IMG/VR virus record: IMGVR_UViG_3300048930_000898
Source: an uncultured virus (IMG/VR IMGVR_UViG_3300048930_000898)
Lineage: Duplodnaviria > Heunggongvirae > Uroviricota > Caudoviricetes
DNA: 22,373 nt
Direction: 5' to 3' (one strand)
Shown here: positions 16,199 through 22,373 of the stretch, one piece after another
Numbering within the stretch: position 1 is the stretch's first letter
Layout: each line of letters starts with the position of its first letter
Made by a program: the position numbers and the translations under genes
The notes under the pieces: model-generated
What the model was told of the DNA's origin: nothing
Database searches by the model: none
Seen by the model: only the letters and a program-made list of their open reading frames with translations

Positions 16199-17591
16199 AA
16201 GTATTCCTTCTTAGTTTAGCATGTTTTTTAAGCCATTGCGTGTTACTTATCTCAAAGTCTATCACATATGCCTTCGTTTTACCAGGGTGTAATCTTACTG
16301 CCCTACCGATAGCCTGCGTTACGGCTATTTCACTTTTACCGCCTCTAGCTAGAATCAAATAGTCGGTAGATCTTATATCGGCACCTTCCCCTAGTACGGT
16401 TGAAGCCACTAGAATTCTTGTCTTTTTTTCATTAAATCGTTCCATAGCTTCAGTTAACTCTTCTCTTTTATTATCCCCTGTTAAGTAGTCAACTTCAATT
16501 CCTGCTAAAGAAAGCCAATCTCTGATTTGTTCTCCTACTAACTCTTTTCTATCAACAAGTATAAGTATTTGTTTATCCTTAGGAATTTCTTTTACAGTTT
16601 CAACGATAGCATCGTGGAACACTTTACCGCCGTAGTTAAGCTTATATTCATCTTGATAATCACCGCCCATTGAACCTTTTAATTCTTTAATAATAAACTC
16701 AACGGGTGTTAAATATCCATCTTTAGTAGCTTGTACACTGTTATAAGTGTATAATTTTTCATCACATACTCCCCATAATTCCATGAACTTATTATCATTT
16801 CTAGTATAAGTGCCAGAGAAGTTAAAACGATAGTATACATCGTTCATATGCGGTAAAAGATTCATATAACTAGAGGCTGCGGCATGATGCGCTTCATCGA
16901 TCATTAAACTTTGAACATGCTTCATGATTACACCAACAAGGTTTTGTTTAGTCAAAGAGGCAAGAGTTTGAACCGTTGAAATAAGGATGGGTTTAAGTTT
17001 TTTGTTTGATTTAATAGCTGTCGTATTTACTTGCATTACATTTTTACTACCAAAGTAGTTACTAAATACTTCATATGTTTGCTGTGACAATGCACTACTA
17101 GGTACTACAAACAACGTGTTAACACCAGTATTCTTAATGATATTGGCAGCAATAAGCGTTTTACCGCCACCTACACATACCTGAAATGTCCCTCTTGGCC
17201 TATCGTTTGCAATATCTATGCATTCCTGTTGATAATATCTAACTGCAGGTGGTTTATTATTCCACCTAAACAAGTTATAAGGCTCAGGTTTAATTCTTTT
17301 ATCAATTACAGTAGCAAATTCTTTAACCTTAAACAAAAGACCAGATGGAAACTGATTATCTTTATCAAGCATACATATTACAACTTCACCAATCTTACTT
17401 ATTTCACCAGCAAGAAAGTGAGCTTTACGCATTTGACGTCTTACTAAAGCCTTCTGATATGCTCTTTGTAGAAACCTAATCTTCTTCTCTTTATCTTCAT
17501 CATAATAAGATAACAGTTGAGCTGCTTTCTTTAACTCTTCTTCAGTTGCTTCTACAATCTTAGAGTAACTGTTACCTTGTTCAATGATCAT
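16170..17591 (-). CDS. Superfamily 2 DExH helicase (UvsW-like)
   Basis: RYYQ (Q motif), VGGGKT, VVPS, IDEAHH, SGT, STVLGEGADI, QAIGRAVR. Confidence 0.92.
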   Translation of the reverse strand: MIIEQGNSYSKIVEATEEELKKAAQLLSYYDEDKEKKIRFLQRAYQKALVRRQMRKAHFLAGEISKIGEVVICMLDKDNQFPSGLLFKVKEFATVIDKRIKPEPYNLFRWNNKPPAVRYYQQECIDIANDRPRGTFQVCVGGGKTLIAANIIKNTGVNTLFVVPSSALSQQTYEVFSNYFGSKNVMQVNTTAIKSNKKLKPILISTVQTLASLTKQNLVGVIMKHVQSLMIDEAHHAAASSYMNLLPHMNDVYYRFNFSGTYTRNDNKFMELWGVCDEKLYTYNSVQATKDGYLTPVEFIIKELKGSMGGDYQDEYKLNYGGKVFHDAIVETVKEIPKDKQILILVDRKELVGEQIRDWLSLAGIEVDYLTGDNKREELTEAMERFNEKKTRILVASTVLGEGADIRSTDYLILARGGKSEIAVTQAIGRAVRLHPGKTKAYVIDFEISNTQWLKKHAKLRRNTYVEEFGAAF

Positions 17592-17998
17592 AATTCAATA
17601 TACCAGCTTTCTATGTTTACCACAATACTGTCAAATAGTTGACAAGTAAACAATAAGGGAACCTCATGGTGAAATAGCCATGGTTTACAATTAAAGTAAA
17701 TTGTTATAGACGCATATACTTAGATTGACTATTTGCTTGTAGCTTCTCTTTTAAAGAGAGATTAAGCTAGGAAGCTCTTATATTTCACCTTTGCGCTAGG
17801 CACTGTAAACCAAGACGCCGGACATACCATGTCCTAATAGCTTTCCAAGTATTTTATGTCTATATACGCCGTTTACGTTAAAGCGTTGTTCCCAGTCTAT
17901 GACAGTTTCATTACTCTAACACTCTGCGCGTTTGCTATCACCGATGATTTATATTAAAGTCCTAAACAGCTTATCGGAACAAAGGACTAACTTTAGAA
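17592..17998. other. Largest non-coding gap (407 nt), rich in inverted repeats; candidate structured RNA and/or replication origin
   Basis: No ORF of 60 aa or more; multiple hairpins, five GTAAAC/GTTTAC hexamers, and TGTCAA-N4-TTGACA palindrome at 17629-17644. Confidence 0.45.
17597..17625 (-). promoter_or_regulatory. Putative promoter for a leaderless helicase mRNA
   Basis: TTGTGG-N17-TATATT with extended TG; only 5 nt between the -10 and the ATG, and no SD. Confidence 0.45.
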
Positions 17999-18922
17999 TT
18001 ACCAGAAGTCTTTAAAAATACCTTTAAGTTGATCATTTAAATGTTTTTTACCATGAAGATCTTCAGTATCTTCTTCTGGACCTTCATTAGAATTTGTAAT
18101 TTTGTGTACTTTTTCTACTGCAGTCTTTAAGTCAACACCAATGCAGAGTACACTAATAATAAGATCTTTCATTTGATCTATTGTTAAACCTTCTGTAAGC
18201 TTAACCCACAGTTCAATGTCTACTTTTTCATCAGGAAATGTTTTATTTTCAATAAATATACGTCGAACTTCAGCTGAAGGAAGACCAACTTCGATTACAG
18301 TAGCAAATCTGCTTGGTCTATCTTTAATACGTGAAGGAATCTTATCTAAATAGTTTGTAGTAGCTATGTAAACAATATTGTCTACTTGCATTTCACCATC
18401 TAGAAGACTTAAGAAACTTCCCTCATCTCTATAAAGAAGTTGATCGAATTCTTCGAAAACTGCTAGAATCCTTTGATCACCTTGAATTTCTCTAATAATC
18501 TTAACACTTTCACTTAAAAGAGATGGACTAGGACAAAAGAAAACAATTCCACCTTTTTTAATTTCAGATTCAATGAGACGAATAATAACACTTGATTTAC
18601 CAGTTCCATGTGAACCATGCAAAAGAATGCCTCTTTTATAAGTCATTCCTCTGCGTTCATAACGAAATCGCACATCTTTATTCCAGAAGTTATCAATCTC
18701 TTTAATAATATCTTCAGAAACGAAACTCGGAAGTTCTATCAGATTATCAGTCATGATAGACATTGGTTCAAAGTAAATCTCACCAGATTGTGTCATACTA
18801 ATAGTATATAAACCTGGGTTCATACTAGGGATTTCTTGAACTTTTCTAGTAGGAAAAAACCTACCTTCCATTTCCCTAAAATGATGATAAATTTTTTCAG
18901 TTTTATTGATTAAATTAGTCAT
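17999..18922 (-). CDS. AAA+ ATPase (single classical AAA module)
   Basis: KRGILLHGSHGTGKS (Walker A), AVFEEFD (Walker B), LSLLDG, ATTNYLDKI...RPSRF (second region of homology). Confidence 0.9.
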   Translation of the reverse strand: MTNLINKTEKIYHHFREMEGRFFPTRKVQEIPSMNPGLYTISMTQSGEIYFEPMSIMTDNLIELPSFVSEDIIKEIDNFWNKDVRFRYERRGMTYKRGILLHGSHGTGKSSVIIRLIESEIKKGGIVFFCPSPSLLSESVKIIREIQGDQRILAVFEEFDQLLYRDEGSFLSLLDGEMQVDNIVYIATTNYLDKIPSRIKDRPSRFATVIEVGLPSAEVRRIFIENKTFPDEKVDIELWVKLTEGLTIDQMKDLIISVLCIGVDLKTAVEKVHKITNSNEGPEEDTEDLHGKKHLNDQLKGIFKDFW

Positions 18923-19502
18923 TTAAGTTCCAGTCTATACCTACAATACCTAATTCGTCAAGTAGCTTGTTAATATTCTTAAAATGAGGTATATTTGCAA
19001 AATTGTTATTCGGAATGATAGGACTCGGGTGACTGGTATTATATATTGTACCATTAATTACAATAGGTTGAAAGCTTTGCGCATGTTTACCCATAAACCA
19101 GTAAACTCTTGGTTTATTTTGTAACTTACTGATAATACTGGAAATAAAAGGTCTCCAATATTCTTTATGACTTACAGTACTTTCTTCAACAGAAGTAAGT
19201 GAACTATTAAGAAGTAGAACTCCTTTTGAAGCCCACTGACTTAAATCTCCACTGTTAGATTTATAGCCGCTTAATTCTAACGATTTGAATATGTTCTTTA
19301 AGCTACCAGGAATAGGTCTACCATTAGGTATAGAGAAAGCAAGCCCTGTAGAATCTTCTCGATTCCTGTAAGGATCTTGACCTATGATAACAACCTTTAC
19401 GCGGTCTTGCGGAGTAAGTTCTAAAGCTTTAAACCTTAGTTCAGGCTTAGGTATAACATTTTTTCCATAAGGAGGAGTTGGTCCTTGAATGATATTAATC
19501 AT
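18915..19502 (-). CDS. ung: Uracil-DNA glycosylase, family 1
   Basis: VKVVIIGQDPY, GLAFS, PGSLKNIF, GDLSQWASKGVLLLNSSLT, SH, SHPSP. Confidence 0.93.
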   Translation of the reverse strand: MINIIQGPTPPYGKNVIPKPELRFKALELTPQDRVKVVIIGQDPYRNREDSTGLAFSIPNGRPIPGSLKNIFKSLELSGYKSNSGDLSQWASKGVLLLNSSLTSVEESTVSHKEYWRPFISSIISKLQNKPRVYWFMGKHAQSFQPIVINGTIYNTSHPSPIIPNNNFANIPHFKNINKLLDELGIVGIDWNLND

Positions 19503-19755
19503 CTTTAATATTTTCCATTGTTATTGTTAAACAATTTGTAATTTTATCTAATAAAGTAATATAATTTTGACAATCATTACCACTTCCATAAACTTTTAAA
19601 GCCTCATTCTTTTTCTCAATCATCCGCTGCTGCTTTCGAACGAGGTCGATGAGTTCAAGGATTTTTTCAGCGTAGCCTTGTTCCTGAACATCACCTTGCA
19701 TCATCATTGCATTGGCGGATGACTCCCAAGCTATCAGCTTCTTTTCAGTTGTCAT
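19495..19755 (-). CDS. Small phage protein, paralog of 3716..3964
   Basis: MTTEKKL...LELIDLVRKQQR; AAGGAG SD. Confidence 0.75.
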   Translation of the reverse strand: MTTEKKLIAWESSANAMMMQGDVQEQGYAEKILELIDLVRKQQRMIEKKNEALKVYGSGNDCQNYITLLDKITNCLTITMENIKDD

Positions 19756-19756
19756 A

Positions 19757-19984
19757 TTATTTCCACTCCTTAAATTTATTTAGCGCATATATAAGCTCTT
19801 CCTGTGCGTAAGCGTTTGGTTTTCCATTGTCTAGTGGCGCAGTCAGATGCAGATTAATTGACTCCGCCATTTTTTTCAAAGCATCCATCGCGTCCATAAT
19901 AAGGGCAGCTTCTAAACACATTTTTTTAGAGGCAAGGACATCAACTACCAACCCGACTTTTTTAAAACCCTCAGGCATTTCCAT
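19757..19984 (-). CDS. Small phage protein, paralog of 3961..4173
   Basis: MEMPEGFKK...KKMAE...EELIYALNKFKEWK; GGGAG SD. Confidence 0.75.
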   Translation of the reverse strand: MEMPEGFKKVGLVVDVLASKKMCLEAALIMDAMDALKKMAESINLHLTAPLDNGKPNAYAQEELIYALNKFKEWK

Positions 19985-20175
19985 TATTTACTCCCTTTTA
20001 CTAAAATATTGTATATGTTAAAACCCCTGTCAATGGCTTCCTTTTTACCTTCGTTCATATCTTTTAAAAGATCAGACAAGTCTTTATATGCAGTAAAATC
20101 TAAAGATAAAGCCGCTGCAGATGCAAGTTTTGCTATTTCTGTTTTAACATTCACTAAAGTTTTCATATTACTCAT
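19984..20175 (-). CDS. Hypothetical protein (63 aa)
   Basis: GAGGAG SD; stop overlaps the next start. Confidence 0.7.
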   Translation of the reverse strand: MSNMKTLVNVKTEIAKLASAAALSLDFTAYKDLSDLLKDMNEGKKEAIDRGFNIYNILVKGSK

Positions 20176-20178
20176 TTA

Positions 20179-20538
20179 TTAATTCTCCTCTTTATGCGCT
20201 TGAATTAAGTAAGCAAGCGTGTCTAATACTTTCTTGCGCTGGTTGTTTTTAGCAGCAGCAGCAGCAGCATTAGCAGCATAAGCATCAGCAGCAGCAGCAG
20301 CAGCAGCAGCATTAGCAGCAGCATCTACTGCCATATCAAAGACAAAGTATTCTACAACGTCTCGCGGAACTAAGCGCAAAAGAACCCAGAGCTTGTCTTG
20401 ATAGCTGATCTTATCAAGCTCTAGAAACTGAAGCGCGTCGATAGTTTCGACATTACCATAATGACGTTTCCAGTTTTCAAAGCGATTTGCGCAAGGATCT
20501 AATTTACTAATGATTTTTGTATTAATTTTGATTTTCAT
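20179..20538 (-). CDS. Hypothetical phage protein with poly-alanine tract
   Basis: AAGGAG SD; LDPC...DKLWVL...AAANAAAAAAAADAYAANAAAAAA. Confidence 0.8.
   Translation of the reverse strand: MKIKINTKIISKLDPCANRFENWKRHYGNVETIDALQFLELDKISYQDKLWVLLRLVPRDVVEYFVFDMAVDAAANAAAAAAAADAYAANAAAAAAKNNQRKKVLDTLAYLIQAHKEEN
20251..20323. repeat. Imperfect (GCA)n trinucleotide tract encoding poly-Ala
   Basis: agcagcagca... runs interrupted by Asn/Asp/Tyr codons. Confidence 0.9.
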
Positions 20539-20546
20539 AAAGCTCC

Positions 20547-20840
20547 TTAAAAAGGTAAAGTAAACAGAAGACCAAGCCCAACACCTACAGTGTTAGCTCC
20601 CATATCAAGCATGTGCTCTTTGTTAGTGTTACGCGAACCGTCAGCAACTTCTTTAGCAGCTCCAACAGCCAACGTACCAAGTGCAGCAGCAACGCGACAA
20701 GTAGTCTCACCGCCATCAAACACTGTACGACACACAAGATAAGAACCAGCTGTTAAGCCAAATGAAGCTCCGGCATGTATGACTTTGTCATTAGGAAGAC
20801 CTAAAGTTAGTATAGTAAAGGCAACTGTTGTAAGGATCAT
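20547..20840 (-). CDS. Small membrane protein, YfiM/VanZ-like
   Basis: DKxxH ... KExxD ... DxxANxxG pattern between hydrophobic helices. Confidence 0.65.
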   Translation of the reverse strand: MILTTVAFTILTLGLPNDKVIHAGASFGLTAGSYLVCRTVFDGGETTCRVAAALGTLAVGAAKEVADGSRNTNKEHMLDMGANTVGVGLGLLFTLPF

Positions 20841-20875
20841 ACTTTTATTTTTCTTTCCTTAAAAACATATAAGTC

Positions 20876-20904
20876 ATTATAACACATAAAATCAAAGTTG
20901 TTAA
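20876..20904 (-). promoter_or_regulatory. Near-consensus sigma70 promoter
   Basis: TTAACA-N17-TATAAT with extended TG, in the gap upstream of 20840. Confidence 0.75.
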
Positions 20905-20914
20905 AAACAGACCT

Positions 20915-21121
20915 TTAAAACCCTGGTTCATACTTTCGGCTACCTTTATCGTCAGTTAAACTCAATAAATAAACATTATTGTAATAATATTCAAAACTTA
21001 CAGGATAATTCATTGATGAATAAATATCTTCATAAAGTTTTTTTGCTTTTGTTTTTGTTAATTCTAAGCAATCGTTATTGAGGTTTACAATATCTAAGAA
21101 ATCAATTCCATTATTAGTCAT
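20915..21121 (-). CDS. Hypothetical protein (68 aa)
   Basis: ATGACTAA overlap with the PilZ gene stop; AAGGA SD. Confidence 0.65.
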   Translation of the reverse strand: MTNNGIDFLDIVNLNNDCLELTKTKAKKLYEDIYSSMNYPVSFEYYYNNVYLLSLTDDKGSRKYEPGF

Positions 21122-21512
21122 TCTTATATTCCTTGAAGTTCATTTCTTCGATTATTCGTTTACTAACTGTAATTATTTGTTTATTTCTTAGATAGGTAAC
21201 AAATGATTTATATATTTTACTTGTATTCTGATTGAAATACAATTCAATTCCTGCACCTTTTTTGCGTTTTTTAACGTCCGTCCAGTTAATTCTTGCAACT
21301 TTACCGTTTAAGTTTAAGTAACCTAGATCACCAGGTAGAATAAACTGTAAACTAATAATCTCATTTGCTTTAATTGAATCTAAGCACTCTAGAATAAACA
21401 CACCAGATTCTGATATATCTTCAATTTTATAACGTTGATTAGAAACAATCAAATATTCCTCAATCATTGGTATTCTTATATAACTTCTTTTCTCTTTACT
21501 TTTCATTATCAT
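21114..21512 (-). CDS. Stand-alone PilZ-domain protein (predicted c-di-GMP receptor)
   Basis: EKRSYIRIP (RxxxR), DISESGVFI (DxSxxG), beta-barrel pattern LQFILPG...GKVARI...GAGIEL, C-terminal helix. Confidence 0.88.
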   Translation of the reverse strand: MIMKSKEKRSYIRIPMIEEYLIVSNQRYKIEDISESGVFILECLDSIKANEIISLQFILPGDLGYLNLNGKVARINWTDVKKRKKGAGIELYFNQNTSKIYKSFVTYLRNKQIITVSKRIIEEMNFKEYKND

Positions 21513-21582
21513 ATCCTGCTTTTATCGGTTATTTAGCATAATAAGGGCAGTTGCAGATGCAATAAAGATAATAAAATGCATG

Positions 21583-21813
21583 TTATCGATCTTCCATCAT
21601 ATCCATGTAAAAATCACTAGCACCCACCTGCATGTCATACCAGGCTTCATAAAGAGCATCAGAATTCTCTAGTTCAACCTGTTCAAGCTCTTCATCTGTA
21701 AGAGATTCATTAGTGTCAACGTAAAAACCAGAGGCGATATAAATATCTTCCATTTCTCTTCCATTCACATCAAATTCAACTTCGATTTCTCGCCCTTTAT
21801 AGTTTAATTTCAT
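21583..21813 (-). CDS. Small, highly acidic protein (76 aa)
   Basis: 22 Asp/Glu versus 5 Lys/Arg by hand count; SD-like AGGAGAAGGA upstream. Confidence 0.8.
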   Translation of the reverse strand: MKLNYKGREIEVEFDVNGREMEDIYIASGFYVDTNESLTDEELEQVELENSDALYEAWYDMQVGASDFYMDMMEDR

Positions 21814-22373
21814 TATCCTTCTCCTTTTCTTGAATTCTCAATTCTAATAAGATGTGGGATTATACATTCATAAACTGAAGTCCACTCCCCAGGTAGATAT
21901 CCTTCAGTTTCCGCATGTTCATAGGTAAGCCCGTAAAACTCGTTAAATGTGTATTGTTGACAGCCTACTTGAACGTGTTTGCGTGTTATTGTCACATTAT
22001 ATCGATTGAACGGGAGCCAAACACATTCTTCTTTTGTGGTCACGACAGCTGAGCCGGACACGTAAGCAGAGCCAACCACGTAAGCTGAGCCAACCACGAC
22101 AGCTGAGTCAGACACGCGAGCTTCGCCAGACACGCGAGCTGAGCCGGACACGCGAGCTGAGCCGGACACGCGAGCTGAGCCGGACACGTAAGCAGAGCCA
22201 ACCACGTAAGCTGAGTCAGACACGTAAGCAGAGCCAACCACGTAAGCTGAGTCAGACACGCGAGCTGAGTCAGCCACGCGAGCTGAGCCGGACACGCGAG
22301 CTGAGCCGGACACGTAAGCAGAGCCAACCACGTAAGCTGAGTCAGACACGTAAGCTTCGCCGGACACGCGAGC
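21813..22373 (-). CDS. Hexapeptide-repeat (left-handed beta-helix-like) phage protein; N-terminus lies beyond the right edge
   Basis: Tandem V(S/V)(G/D)SA(R/Y) hexads followed by a ...VTIT...VQVGCQ C-terminal domain; frame is open to 22373. Confidence 0.85.
   Translation of the reverse strand, partial: ARVSGEAYVSDSAYVVGSAYVSGSARVSGSARVADSARVSDSAYVVGSAYVSDSAYVVGSAYVSGSARVSGSARVSGSARVSGEARVSDSAVVVGSAYVVGSAYVSGSAVVTTKEECVWLPFNRYNVTITRKHVQVGCQQYTFNEFYGLTYEHAETEGYLPGEWTSVYECIIPHLIRIENSRKGEG
22042..22373. repeat. Coding 18-bp degenerate tandem repeat (~18 units), GC-richer than its surroundings
   Basis: Units such as gagccggacacgcgagct, gagccaaccacgtaagct and gagtcagacacgtaagca, abutting without spacers. 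Confidence 0.92.

Noticed and set aside
14113..17625. Shared TGTGGTAAA upstream of two putative promoters as a phage-specific promoter element
   Set aside because: Spacing to the -10 differs by 3 nt, and one copy is simply the Leu-Trp-stop codons of the OMP gene.
1407..20021. All plus-strand ORFs in the track (e.g. 1407..1604, 3842..4192, 5283..5624, 9158..9478, 15827..16099, 19827..20021)
   Set aside because: They are antisense shadows of well-supported minus-strand genes, mostly with TTG starts and no recognisable motifs.
21522..21581. 19-aa hydrophobic ORF MHFIIFIASATALIMLNNR between the acidic protein and PilZ genes
   Set aside because: It fills the gap neatly but is too short to support without conservation or ribosome data.
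22040..22327. 95-aa ORF with CPAQLA/WLALLT repeats
   Set aside because: Alternative frame of the 18-bp array, open only because the repeat unit lacks stops; the VSGSAR frame continues into a real C-terminal domain.
22042..22373. Possible CRISPR array or DGR repeat
   Set aside because: Units abut with no unique spacers and are in-frame coding; there is no cas or reverse transcriptase gene in the window.
1..22373. Stop-codon reassignment
   Set aside because: Long conserved genes are uninterrupted in the standard bacterial code, and TAA, TGA and TAG each end genes at sensible boundaries.

Overview
AT-rich segment of a tailed dsDNA bacteriophage genome, with no integrase or structural genes in the window. 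All credible genes lie on the minus strand, tightly packed with ATGA/ATGACTAA-type overlaps. The core is a replication/recombination/nucleotide-metabolism region: SbcD/Mre11-like nuclease (truncated at the left edge), RecA/UvsX with a 345-aa LAGLIDADG intein in the P-loop, a possible UvsY-like mediator, DUF5664-type dNTP diphosphohydrolase, family B DNA polymerase, AEP-primase/SF4-helicase fusion, probable SSB, RNase H-like exonuclease, free-standing GIY-YIG endonuclease, HD nucleotidase, UvsW-like SF2 helicase, AAA+ ATPase and uracil-DNA glycosylase. Interspersed are host-envelope genes: a processive XagB/NfrB-like GT2 glycan synthase overlapping a small six-strand outer-membrane beta protein, a stand-alone PilZ protein with intact c-di-GMP motifs, two lipoproteins, and a protein with an N-terminal membrane anchor plus four C-terminal beta-strands. 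Non-coding highlights are an atypical tRNA-Asn(GTT), a compact H-type pseudoknot between the SSB and primase-helicase genes, and a ~400-nt structured intergenic region. A two-gene cassette is duplicated ~15.8 kb apart. A Gram-negative host is inferred (possibly Bdellovibrionota/Myxococcota-like). All family calls come from motif recognition by eye; no database search was run.
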